DNA of 64,000 nucleotides from Candidatus Eiseniibacteriota bacterium (GCA_031370645.1 JANMQV010000151.1:1-64000), one strand, 5' to 3'; shown: positions 19,918 through 29,251, counted from the first letter of the stretch. Notes: a model not told the origin generated them from the letters alone. A program made the numbers and translations.

Positions 19918-20796
19918 GTGCAAGCCTTCTTCCGGTTCCTTCTCGCGCTCGACCGTCGCTGGATCTTTCTCCTCGTTCTCTTGAGCGTGACGATCCCGAT
20001 CGTCGTCCCGATCGGGCTTCCCGTCACGACAACTTCCTCCACGCGAAACGCCTTCGAGTTCGTGGAGGCGCTGAAGCCCGGAGATCTCGTCTGGCTCTCG
20101 ATCGATTACGGTCCGTCCTCGGCGCCGGAAAACGATCCGATGGCGGAGGCGTTTCTCCGGCAGTGTCTGCTCAAGAAGGTCCGCGTCATCGTGACCGCCC
20201 TCTATCCGCTCGGCGGCCTCGGTCTCGCGAACGCGGTGGTGGCGAAGATCACGGCCGAGTATCCGGAGGCGAAATACGGCGTCGACTACATCAACCTCGG
20301 ATATAAGGACGGTGCCGCGGCGGTGATGCGGACGCTGGGGCAGGACATCACGTTGTCGTTTCCGACCGACGTGAACGGGCGCCCCGTCTCCGAATTTCCG
20401 ATCATGCAGGGCCTTCGCACGATCCGACAGCTCGACCTCGTCTTCACCGCGGCGACCGGCCTCATCGGGGAGTGGTGGATCACGCAGGTCCACTCCCAGT
20501 TCGGCACGCCCGTCATCATCGGGCCGACCGCCGTGAGCGCGCCGAAGTACTACGCCTTCATCAATTCGGGGCAGCTGGTCGGGATGCTGGGCGGGATGAA
20601 GGGCGCGGCCGAGTACGAAAAACTTCTCGCGGCCAAGCACGAATCGCTCGGGAGGTTCTACCGAGGCACACACGCCTTCACGGCCACGAAGGGGATGGAC
20701 GGGCAGACCGTGCTCCACGGCGTCATCCTGGCGCTCATCGTGCTTGGGAATCTGGCGTTCTTCATGACGCGCGGCAAGAAGGCGGGGGCGGCGTAA
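19918..20796 (+). CDS. Uncharacterised membrane-anchored protein (subunit C): TM, soluble alpha/beta domain, TM
   Basis: 1-nt gap after B; DRRWIFLL, DYGPSSAPE, YGVDYINLGY, SGQLVGMLGGMKGAAEYE. Confidence 0.8.
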   Translation: MQAFFRFLLALDRRWIFLLVLLSVTIPIVVPIGLPVTTTSSTRNAFEFVEALKPGDLVWLSIDYGPSSAPENDPMAEAFLRQCLLKKVRVIVTALYPLGGLGLANAVVAKITAEYPEAKYGVDYINLGYKDGAAAVMRTLGQDITLSFPTDVNGRPVSEFPIMQGLRTIRQLDLVFTAATGLIGEWWITQVHSQFGTPVIIGPTAVSAPKYYAFINSGQLVGMLGGMKGAAEYEKLLAAKHESLGRFYRGTHAFTATKGMDGQTVLHGVILALIVLGNLAFFMTRGKKAGAA

Positions 20797-20798
20797 CG

Positions 20799-21431
20799 AT
20801 GGAATTCGTCGGAATCGGGACCTGGTTGGCCGCCTTCCTCACGCTGGCCGCCCTCTCCTTCCTCTACAAGGACAATCCGTTCTTCCGTTTCGCCGAGAGT
20901 CTTTTCGCCGGCGTCTCGCTCGGCTACTACGTGGGAATCGTGCTGAACCAGACGCTCGTCCCGAATCTCTTCGAGCCGCTCGCGAAGGACTTCAAGACGA
21001 ACTGGGATCTGTTGGTTCCCGGGCTCTTGGGGCTGATGCTCTACGTGCGGTCGGTGCCGCGCATCGGTTGGATCTCGCGCTACGCGCTCGGGATCTACGT
21101 CGTCTACTACATCGGGGTCGATTTCACGCGGCGGATCCATGGGGAGGTGATGCCGCAGATCGCGCGGACGATTCGGCCGCTCCAGGCCTTCGACGGGCCG
21201 ACGCTCGTCTCGCTCATCTTCATCATCGGGGTCTTCAGCGTGCTGATCTACTTCTTCTTCTCGAAGGAGCAGAACGCGGTCACGCGGCCGATCGCCCGGC
21301 TCGGGACGTGGTTCCTCATGGTCTCCTTCGGCGCCGCCTTCGGGTTCACCGTCATGGGGCGCGTGGCGCTCCTGATCGGCCGGCTCAACTTCCTCATTCA
21401 GGACTGGATTTACCCGACGATCGGTCGGTAG
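20799..21431 (+). CDS. Uncharacterised polytopic membrane protein (subunit D)
   Basis: ATG at 20799, 2 nt after C; SFLYKDNPFFRFAE..FAGVSLG, LIYFFFS, FLMVSFGAAFGFTVMGR. Confidence 0.8.
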   Translation: MEFVGIGTWLAAFLTLAALSFLYKDNPFFRFAESLFAGVSLGYYVGIVLNQTLVPNLFEPLAKDFKTNWDLLVPGLLGLMLYVRSVPRIGWISRYALGIYVVYYIGVDFTRRIHGEVMPQIARTIRPLQAFDGPTLVSLIFIIGVFSVLIYFFFSKEQNAVTRPIARLGTWFLMVSFGAAFGFTVMGRVALLIGRLNFLIQDWIYPTIGR

Positions 21432-22185
21432 TCCCCCTCGGTTTCACGCCGTCCTTCTCGCCCGCCGCCTCCGCCCGGTTGCGCGTTTCGTCCGTTTCGA
21501 AAAGCTCCGACGACGCCCGGAGATTCACCATCGGGACCGTCATCTTGTTTCCGGCCGGGTAGTCGGTCGTCACCACGTCTCGCAGGGCCGAGACGCGGTG
21601 GGTGAGGTTCGCGATCGCCTCGGTCGCGGCGCGGATCCGCTGGACCTTGTCCCGGACTTCGGGCGCCAGGTTCGGCAGGACGTGCAGGAGTTGCGCGTTC
21701 CCCTGAATCACCTGGAGCGGGTTGTTGATCTCGTGGTTCAAGGCCACGGCCATGGCCGAGACGGCCTTCATCCGCTCCGTGCGGAGCCGTTCTTCCGAAG
21801 CCTGATGAAGCGCGAGGGCGTTTCGGACCTTGATCGGCAGCTGAAAGCGGATGTCCCAGTCCGTGAGCGGCTTCATGAAGTAGTCGACCGCGCCCAATTC
21901 CAGACTCCGCTCCACGTCCTCCGGGGAGGTCGAGGCGCTCGCCACGATGACCGGAAGGTCGCGAAGCCGTTCGTTCGCGCGCATGGAGGTGAGAACGTCG
22001 AATCCATTCGGAGGCGGCATCATGAGATCGAGGAGAACCAGATCGATCGCTTCTCCGGCCAGGTGCCGCAGGGCCTCGTGGCCGTCGTCCGCCTCGAAAA
22101 ACTCGTAATCGCCCTTCCGGAGAACCATCCGGAGGAGCTTCCGGTGGTGCGGCTCGTCGTCAACGAGCAGGATGCGATGCAGCAT
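21394..22185 (-). CDS. Response regulator receiver domain + HisKA dimerisation/phospho-acceptor domain (no ATPase)
   Basis: ILLVDD…LLDLMMP…YFMKP, then NHEINNPL H-box and a short tail. Confidence 0.85.
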   Translation of the reverse strand: MLHRILLVDDEPHHRKLLRMVLRKGDYEFFEADDGHEALRHLAGEAIDLVLLDLMMPPPNGFDVLTSMRANERLRDLPVIVASASTSPEDVERSLELGAVDYFMKPLTDWDIRFQLPIKVRNALALHQASEERLRTERMKAVSAMAVALNHEINNPLQVIQGNAQLLHVLPNLAPEVRDKVQRIRAATEAIANLTHRVSALRDVVTTDYPAGNKMTVPMVNLRASSELFETDETRNRAEAAGEKDGVKPRGTTDRSSGKSSPE

Positions 22186-22588
22186 GGCTTCCCTTCCCGA
22201 TGAGGGCCTTCACCCGGTCGATCAGATCGTCCGCGCTCAGGATCGGCTTGGAGACGTAGTCGTTCGCGCCGGAGTCGGCGAGGAATTTTTCCCGCGACCC
22301 CTTCATGGCGTGCGCCGTGGCCAAGATCACCGGAACCCGGCTCGCTCGCGGGTCGCCCTTCAATATCCGGGTGATCGCGAGGCCGTCCACGGGCGCTCCT
22401 TGATACGTGCTGTTCGAGAGCGAGACATCCATGATCACGAGATCCGCGCGGCCCTCGCGCGCCTCCTCGATCACGTAAGCGGGGTCCTCGGTCACGACAA
22501 CTTCGAAGCCGGCCTTCCGAGCGAGAATCAGTTGGAAGAGCTTCGCGTTCATCGGATCGTCTTCGACGACGAGGATGCGCGGTTTCAT
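22160..22588 (-). CDS. Single-domain response regulator (DivK/CheY-like)
   Basis: ILVVEDD, IMDVSL, TAHAMKG, YVSKP. Confidence 0.9.
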   Translation of the reverse strand: MKPRILVVEDDPMNAKLFQLILARKAGFEVVVTEDPAYVIEEAREGRADLVIMDVSLSNSTYQGAPVDGLAITRILKGDPRASRVPVILATAHAMKGSREKFLADSGANDYVSKPILSADDLIDRVKALIGKGSHAASHPAR

Positions 22589-22601
22589 GGTTTCCTCCTG
22601 G

Positions 22602-24590
22602 TTACGCCTGCGATCCGGCCGCCTCGGCGGCCGGAGGCGCGGGGGCGCTTTCGACGGGGAAGGAGAGGCGAACCCGAGTTCCGCGGTTCGCCCCGTCGCT
22701 TTCGACGCTGATCGAACCGCCCATCTTTTCGACGAGTCCCTTCGAGATGGCGAGGCCGAGACCGGTGCCCGGCCTTCGCCGCGAGTACGACTCCTCGCGC
22801 GACGCGTATTTGGTGAAGAGCTTCGACTGGCGGTCGAGCGGAATGCCGATGCCGGTGTCGGCCACGACGACGCAAACCTCCATGCGATCGTCGTCCCGCC
22901 ACGCGCGAACCGAGACCTCGCCGCGATCGGTGAACTTCACCGCGTTTCCGACGAGGTTCAGCATGACCTGGCGGAAGCGAGCGGAGTCGTGCGGGAACGT
23001 GAGGTCGCTCTCGGGGAGTTCGATCCGAACTTCCAGCCCCTTCCCGTCGGCCTCCGGCGCCACGGCGGCGACCGCCGCGCGCACCGCGTCCCGCCCGTCG
23101 CCCCGTTCCACGGTCAGGTCGAGACGCCCGGCCTCCATCTTGGCGAGATCGAGGATGTCGTTCAGGAGCCCGAGGAGATGCTCCGCGCTCAGCCGCACCG
23201 AATTGGCGAAGGAGCGGACCTCTTCGGCCGATTCGGCCGACCCCTGTTCCAGAAGCGAGGCGAAGCCGATGACGCTGTTGAGCGGCGTGCGAAGCTCGTG
23301 CGACGTGTTCGCGAGGAATTGCTGCTGCGTCTGTCGCGCTTCCTCGAGTCGCGTGTTCGCTTGCCGCAACTGATCGTTCAGATGGCGCTGGGCCTGGGCG
23401 TTCACGCGGAGCGCCTCTTCTCGCTCGCGGCGCTCGGTGACGTCGCGGGCGATCACGAGGCAGGCGCTTCCCCCGCTCTCGGGATGGGCGACCGCCGTGA
23501 CCATGGCGTCGCACGGGACCTGCCGGCCGTCGGACGCGCGCAGACGAATGGCGACTTGCACCGATTTCCCGTCGGCGACGAGGTTCCCCGGCAGGAACGG
23601 CCGGCCCGAAGCCTCCTCGATCGCGAACTCGGAAAGGGCGCGCCGCCGAAGCGTTCCGGGTGCGGCGCCGATCGCGCGCTCCGCCGTCTCGTTCGCGTCG
23701 GCCACGCGCCCCTCTTCGTCGAGCAGGAGAACAAGCTCGCTGCTTCCGCGGAGGTAGGTCGCAAGCATCCGGTCGCGCCGCTCCATCTTCAGTCGCTTGA
23801 GTCCCACGGCGAGTTGCGAGGCCGTCCACCGAACGAGCGCCAGCTGGTCCCCCTCGAAGCCCCTCCGTCGCGGCACGAAGCACTGGAGCACCCCCACCGC
23901 CTCGCCGCGATCGGTGAGCGGTACGGAGACGACGATCGGATCGGCGCCGAGTCCCACCGTCGATGCGGGGAACGCGTAGCGGGGGCCCGAGCCGGGATCG
24001 CGCGAGACAATCGTATCGACGAGCCAGGCGGCGCGCGTCGCGGGGGAGTGGGCGTTCGGTCCGATCGGATCGGGCGCCAACTCCGCCGTCGCGCCGTCCG
24101 GAAGCCCGCGCGTGGCGGTGAGGCGGAAGGCGCCGTCCCGCTCATCCCTCCGATAGATGGCCCAGAACGACAGGCCCGTTCCCTCGGCAATGACGTCGAG
24201 CGCGCAGCGGACGAGCTCATCCTCGCGATCGAGGCGCTCCAGCGTTTCGCCGACGCGGTAGATCGTGAGCTGCGCGCGGAGGTTTCGGATCCGTTCCATC
24301 TCGGCGAAGCGGCGACGGAAGGCGAAGAGGCCGAGAAGCGCCGTGGCCGCGACGACGGCGGTCCCGAAAAAGATCCTCGCGTGGTGGCGAACTTCGACGG
24401 GGACGCCGAGCGCCTCTCCCGGCGTGAGCTGATACGCCGTGTAGCCGAGTACGGCCATGAGGAACGCGACGCCGAACGCGTAGCGTCGCGCGAGGGAATA
24501 GCGAAGTTGCTCTCGGCTTTCGGCCGCCGACGGCAGCGGGGCCTGAATCGACTTCTTCTGCTTCGTCGGACGCGCCAAGTACCCCTCCAT
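22602..24590 (-). CDS. Membrane sensor histidine kinase (2 TM, GAF, PAS, HisKA, HATPase)
   Basis: SHELRTPLN H-box, NLVGNAVKFT N-box, DTGIGI and GTGLGLAI G-boxes. Confidence 0.92.
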   Translation of the reverse strand: MEGYLARPTKQKKSIQAPLPSAAESREQLRYSLARRYAFGVAFLMAVLGYTAYQLTPGEALGVPVEVRHHARIFFGTAVVAATALLGLFAFRRRFAEMERIRNLRAQLTIYRVGETLERLDREDELVRCALDVIAEGTGLSFWAIYRRDERDGAFRLTATRGLPDGATAELAPDPIGPNAHSPATRAAWLVDTIVSRDPGSGPRYAFPASTVGLGADPIVVSVPLTDRGEAVGVLQCFVPRRRGFEGDQLALVRWTASQLAVGLKRLKMERRDRMLATYLRGSSELVLLLDEEGRVADANETAERAIGAAPGTLRRRALSEFAIEEASGRPFLPGNLVADGKSVQVAIRLRASDGRQVPCDAMVTAVAHPESGGSACLVIARDVTERREREEALRVNAQAQRHLNDQLRQANTRLEEARQTQQQFLANTSHELRTPLNSVIGFASLLEQGSAESAEEVRSFANSVRLSAEHLLGLLNDILDLAKMEAGRLDLTVERGDGRDAVRAAVAAVAPEADGKGLEVRIELPESDLTFPHDSARFRQVMLNLVGNAVKFTDRGEVSVRAWRDDDRMEVCVVVADTGIGIPLDRQSKLFTKYASREESYSRRRPGTGLGLAISKGLVEKMGGSISVESDGANRGTRVRLSFPVESAPAPPAAEAAGSQA

Positions 24591-24717
24591 GGTTCAAATT
24601 CGCTCGCGTTGGAAGGTATCGGCAGCGGGAAGGCGGAACTGGAGCCGAGAGAGGCGGTTTTAGGGGGAAATGCCTTTCTCTAGCGTGCGCAGCGACAACG
24701 GATTATCATGGGCGGCC

Positions 24718-25908
24718 ATGCGTCCGGCCCGGCTTCCCTTTTCCATTCCCGCGATCCTCTTCGCCCTCCTCGCCTTGGGGGCGTTCGGCTGCTCCAAGAA
24801 GGATGGTCGGCTCCTCGGCAACGAGCGACTCCTCCGCGGCCCGAACGGCTTCGGAACGACCACCAGTGAAGCCCTCTTTCCCGATCGCGATACCTACGTC
24901 TCGCCGGGGGCGGCCAATTTTTCACCGACGCTTCTCGTCGGGAACGACGGGGTCTTTGAATCCCGCGCGTTCTTTCGCATCCCGGCGTGGTCGCTCCCCG
25001 ATACGACCGCGGCGGGATTCGCCGTCTCCTCGATCTTTCTCGAGGTGCCGTACGACACGTTCACCGCCACTCCGTTCTCGCTCGTCCTGAATTTCGCCAC
25101 CGCCTCGGCGTACGATTCGCTCGCCGCGTTTCCGGGAGCGGCGCCGATTCAATCGCTCGGAACGGCCGATGCGGGGATCGTGCTCCCGTTCGTCGTCCCC
25201 ATTCCGACCTCGACGTTCAGCCCGATCAAGGACTGGGCGCACGCCCCGGCGTCGTTGCCGGGTCTCATGCTCTACACGGTGGGCGGCACCGGAGTCACGG
25301 CGCTCCGGGCGGGGCAGGCGAGGCTGAGAATCGGCTACGACCACATCGTTTCGAACGCGAGCCGGCGCGACACCATTTCGACCGCCATCCCGCTCGACTT
25401 CACGCTTCACACGCCGGGGACGCCGGCTCCCACGGGAACCGATTCAACGTTGATTCTCGGCGGGATCTACGATTGGAGGGTTCCCCTCCATTTCGCGCCG
25501 CTCGCGGTTCCGGCGGGTTCCACCGTGAACGAGGCCACGCTTCGGCTCCGCGTGGAATCCGCGAACGCCGTCTTCACGGCCAATCGCGGAGTCGACTTGG
25601 AAGTGCGGCGAATTCGTAACACGTGGCTCGAATCGGAGAACTCCCTCACGCCGCTCGGCACCGATTCCACCACCATCGTGACCACGAAACGGATCGCCTA
25701 TGGCGGTACAGCCGACAGCGTCATCATTGTGACACTGCCGCAGTCGCTCGTTCGGGAGTGGACCGCGGCCGGGGGTGTGAACGAGGGACTTCTCCTGACG
25801 CTGAAGAGCAACAACACGCTCCCGGAACTTCGCCTTCGTTCGCGCGAATCGTCGAATCCGATCGAACTGCGCGTCAGCATCACGACACCGCCGCCGGGGA
25901 GATTCTGA
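24718..25908 (+). CDS. Uncharacterised beta-rich lipoprotein
   Basis: Signal peptide with lipobox LGAFG-C; Thr/Ser-rich beta-sandwich-like sequence; TATCAT 8 nt before ATG. Confidence 0.7.
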   Translation: MRPARLPFSIPAILFALLALGAFGCSKKDGRLLGNERLLRGPNGFGTTTSEALFPDRDTYVSPGAANFSPTLLVGNDGVFESRAFFRIPAWSLPDTTAAGFAVSSIFLEVPYDTFTATPFSLVLNFATASAYDSLAAFPGAAPIQSLGTADAGIVLPFVVPIPTSTFSPIKDWAHAPASLPGLMLYTVGGTGVTALRAGQARLRIGYDHIVSNASRRDTISTAIPLDFTLHTPGTPAPTGTDSTLILGGIYDWRVPLHFAPLAVPAGSTVNEATLRLRVESANAVFTANRGVDLEVRRIRNTWLESENSLTPLGTDSTTIVTTKRIAYGGTADSVIIVTLPQSLVREWTAAGGVNEGLLLTLKSNNTLPELRLRSRESSNPIELRVSITTPPPGRF

Positions 25909-25912
25909 TCGA

Positions 25913-27154
25913 ATGAACTCTCGTCGCCGGAAGTCGCTCGCGCTGACGATCGCCGTCGCCTTCGCCATCGCTCTTCCGGCGCTTCCTCCGTCCGCCGCCC
26001 GGGCCACCTCCGTCTATTCCATCGGAGGACTCGGGGAGCCGCAGCTCGACGAAGGGGCGCGAGTCCGCGCGCTCGGCGGTGCGGGTGTCGCGGAGTTCGG
26101 GGTCGATCTCTTCTCCCAGGTGAACCCGGCGTCGACGGCCGGCGTGCGCCATCTTCTCCTCCAGGGAACGATCGTCCCCGCCTACCGCCGCGTGAGCGGG
26201 CTCAATGGAGATTCCGAGAACGCCAGCGAGACCGAGGTTCCCCTGCTCCGGGCGCTCGTGAGGCTTCCGGCCCGATTCGTTCTCGGCGCCTCCTACGGCG
26301 TCGGCACCGACGCGCAATTCCGCGTCGAACGAGCCGACACCGCCGGAGCGCTCTCCACCACCCGCATCGACGGGACGGGTGGCATGCAGCTGATTCGAAT
26401 TACCGCGTCGCGGGAGTTCGGCCCGTCGCTTCGCTTCGGGATCGATCACGAGATCGTGGCTGGCTATTACCGCGAGGAGTGGACGCGCGATTTCGCCGAC
26501 ACGAATCTCGCGACGTCTCGCGACACGCTGGAAAGCCGCTACGAACGGCTCGGACGGTGGCGCCTCGGCGTGCAGGGAACCGTTCGCGGCTGGACCCTGG
26601 GCGGCGTCTTCGAGACGAAGCGGCGTCTACCGCTCACCTCCTTCCAGCGCGCTTCCGGCACGACGGTGGAGGCGGGCGGCACGAGCCTCACGATCCCTTC
26701 CGGATTCACGCTCGGCGCGAGCACGCCGGTCTTCTCCCGCTGGCGCGCCACGGCGCAGTATCGCCGCGCGAACTGGGAGCGCGCTTCGCTCGCGAGCGAC
26801 CTCGTCGATCTTCAGGCGCTCGAGCGCCTGTCGTTCGGAGTCGAACGGCGCGGAAAGAAGGCGGAGGAGTCGCACTCCTGGCGCGAGCGCTTGCCGCTTC
26901 GCGTCGGAGTCAGTTACCTCCAGTGGCCCGATCTCCTTCCGGTCGCCGGCGCCTCCACCATCGCGGGGGGCACGGCCGGCGTGAAGGAGTGGGCGGTCTC
27001 GCTCGGGACGGGAATCGTCACGCAGGACAAAGGTGGGACGATCGACTTCTCGCTGGAGGCGGGATCGCGGGGGAACAAGGACGACCTCGGCGTGAGCGAG
27101 CGCTTCGTGCGCGCCGCCTTTACGCTACAGGTCGGCGACGACTCCTGGAAGTGA
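25913..27154 (+). CDS. Outer-membrane beta-barrel protein (FadL/PorV-like superfamily)
   Basis: Signal peptide; SVYSIGGLG…ARVRALGGAG…NPAS N-terminal motif; amphipathic strands; aromatic C-terminus. Confidence 0.65.
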   Translation: MNSRRRKSLALTIAVAFAIALPALPPSAARATSVYSIGGLGEPQLDEGARVRALGGAGVAEFGVDLFSQVNPASTAGVRHLLLQGTIVPAYRRVSGLNGDSENASETEVPLLRALVRLPARFVLGASYGVGTDAQFRVERADTAGALSTTRIDGTGGMQLIRITASREFGPSLRFGIDHEIVAGYYREEWTRDFADTNLATSRDTLESRYERLGRWRLGVQGTVRGWTLGGVFETKRRLPLTSFQRASGTTVEAGGTSLTIPSGFTLGASTPVFSRWRATAQYRRANWERASLASDLVDLQALERLSFGVERRGKKAEESHSWRERLPLRVGVSYLQWPDLLPVAGASTIAGGTAGVKEWAVSLGTGIVTQDKGGTIDFSLEAGSRGNKDDLGVSERFVRAAFTLQVGDDSWK

Positions 27155-29176
27155 TCCGGCGCGCAGTGCGGGCGCCCCGGCCCGCCGCCGTTCCCGCCTC
27201 GCGGGGGAAGGCTCGCCGCATCGATCGCAGCGCGTGAGGAGCCGCACCCGCTCGCTGTAGTCGATCGCCGTCTGCACGAACCACGCATGCGCCGCGAGCG
27301 ACGGCGCCGGGCCCACCGTTCTTCCCCGATACGGATGAAGCCGTTCCGGCAGGAGTCCGATCCCTTCCGCGCGTGCCGCCGCCCAGAAGAGAATCGTCCG
27401 CGCCGGCTCGAGGTCTTGAAGCCGCCGCGCCGCGCGAATCGCGTGAAGCGCGAGCCAAAGGGTCGCCGCGACATTCGGACTCCCCGGAACGTCCGTCGGG
27501 GCGGTCACGTCGCCGCCCACGCTTCCGACGCGATCGCCTTCGTAGCGCGCCAGCCCGCCCGTCCCGGTTCTCACCCAGAGGCGCTCCTTCGTCTCGGCCA
27601 CCGTCGCCCGAACGCGCGGATCTTCCGGTTCGAAATCGTCGAGCAGACCGAGGAGAAGGAGCGACGCGTCCGCGGTTCCGTCCAAGCGCCATTCGCCTTC
27701 CGTCTCCGAGAGACCGCGGTGGAAGGGAGCCGTCGCACCCGGCGAGAGCGTCGCCGTCATGCCACGCGCGATCCGGTCGGCCGCGGCCGACCACGCGCGC
27801 GCGCGCCCCGCTTCGCCGAGGGTGGCCGCGATGCGCGCCGCGCCGCGGAGCCCGCCGCGCACCGCGCCCGCGACGGGCGCATGGATGCCGCGGCGCTCGT
27901 TCCACCAATCCGTCGAAGCGGGGAGCCCGGTGCGCGCGTCGATGGAGCCGACCAAGCGCTCGGCGGCCGGTACCAGGAGCGTTTCCCACATCGGAGAGAG
28001 AAACTCGACGTCGCGATCGCGCTCCACGTGCCTCGCCGCCGCCCAGAGATGGAGCGCCGTTCCAAGAAGTGACCCGGCCTGCTCGCCGTCGATCATCACC
28101 GCTTCTCCCGATGTCTCGTAGGCGGAGGCGAGCCGACCCGCGCGCCGCGCCGCGTCGGCTACGAAACCGAAGTAGCGCCGCGCCGCGCCGAGATACCCCG
28201 CGCGACCGAGCGAATCGGCCGCGATCGCCGCATCGGCTAGCCAGCACCAGCGTGACTCGCCTCCAGCCACCGCCGAGTGACCCTCCTCCATGCCGGAGAC
28301 GATCGCGCCCTCCGGAGTCTGGTGGAGCCGAAGCGCGAGGAGACTCTGCCCGTAGATCGTGCCGACCGCTTCCGGGAGATCGGCGAAGTCGCGCGCTCCC
28401 TCGCTCGACCAGAGATTCCAATGACCGCGCGTTCGCGTGAGCGAAGCCGCGATCCCTTCGCGCCGGAACGCCTGATCGAACGCGCGCGCTTCCTCGGGAG
28501 ATGTCGCGCAGGCGAGCCACGCGGTCACCATGGCGGAGCCACCCGCGGGAAGCGAGAGCGCCACGCCTGCGACCGAATCGGCGAACCCGGAGGCCTCCGC
28601 CTGCGGCTTCGCGTGGCCTTCGAGCGCTTCCGCGTCGGCGCCGGCGGACGACTCCGAGGCGCGCGAGGAGATCCGAGCAAGGGGAACACCCACACCCTCC
28701 GGTCCCTCGAGGTTGAAGAGAATCGCGCGCCGCCCGGAGACGTGGAGGAGTCCGCCGGACTCGGCGTCGCGCCGCACGCTTTCGTGCGGCCGGCCGGCGG
28801 CGAGCCGGAGATCGTGATGGAAGGCGAGTGTCGCCGCGCGGTGGACGTCGCTTCGATTCGTCACCTGCACCCGGCGGACCACGATCGGCATTCTCGCGTC
28901 GATGTAGCTTTCGATCCAGAGTTCGACTCCGAGCGCGGGATCGGTGGGTAGAAGTGTCAGGTCGGCGATCGGAGCGTCGCTCGCTTCGCCCGCCCGTGCG
29001 TCGAATCCGTCGGGGAGCCAGCGAAGCGCGCCGTCGATGGCGAGCCCGAGCCGCGCGGGGCGCCGAATCAATTGTGTCTCGGGGGAGAGTGCCGGTGCGT
29101 AGAGTTCGTGAAGCGCGCCGCTTCGGTCTCCCAGGGCCGTCACGGAACCGTTTCCGATGAGAAACGCGCGCGCCAC
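27125..29176 (-). CDS. Glycoside hydrolase family 15-like protein with degenerate active site
   Basis: GH15 layout (IGNG start, GAIV, W.W..D, DASLL, GLARYEGD, GLLPE) with GGGAGGG RBS, but WLAD and DWWNE replace WxRD and DLWEE. Confidence 0.8.
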   Translation of the reverse strand: MARAFLIGNGSVTALGDRSGALHELYAPALSPETQLIRRPARLGLAIDGALRWLPDGFDARAGEASDAPIADLTLLPTDPALGVELWIESYIDARMPIVVRRVQVTNRSDVHRAATLAFHHDLRLAAGRPHESVRRDAESGGLLHVSGRRAILFNLEGPEGVGVPLARISSRASESSAGADAEALEGHAKPQAEASGFADSVAGVALSLPAGGSAMVTAWLACATSPEEARAFDQAFRREGIAASLTRTRGHWNLWSSEGARDFADLPEAVGTIYGQSLLALRLHQTPEGAIVSGMEEGHSAVAGGESRWCWLADAAIAADSLGRAGYLGAARRYFGFVADAARRAGRLASAYETSGEAVMIDGEQAGSLLGTALHLWAAARHVERDRDVEFLSPMWETLLVPAAERLVGSIDARTGLPASTDWWNERRGIHAPVAGAVRGGLRGAARIAATLGEAGRARAWSAAADRIARGMTATLSPGATAPFHRGLSETEGEWRLDGTADASLLLLGLLDDFEPEDPRVRATVAETKERLWVRTGTGGLARYEGDRVGSVGGDVTAPTDVPGSPNVAATLWLALHAIRAARRLQDLEPARTILFWAAARAEGIGLLPERLHPYRGRTVGPAPSLAAHAWFVQTAIDYSERVRLLTRCDRCGEPSPARRERRRAGAPALRAGSLPGVVADL

Positions 29177-29221
29177 GGCGGATGCCCTCCCTGGGTGAAC
29201 AGCAACTCCTTGCCTGGCGGC

Positions 29222-29251
29222 ACGTTAGCAGACCGTTACCCTCGCGGTCAA
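29222..29251 (-). promoter_or_regulatory. sigma70-type promoter TTGACC-N18-TAACGT (TGn extended -10) for the GH15-like gene
   Basis: Read on minus strand 29251-29246 and 29227-29222. Confidence 0.55.

Noticed and set aside
29215-29230. GG-N10-GC sigma54-like site TGGCGGCACGTTAGCA
   Set aside because: Poor match to TGGCACG and TTGC; better explained as the opposite-strand extended -10 of the GH15 promoter
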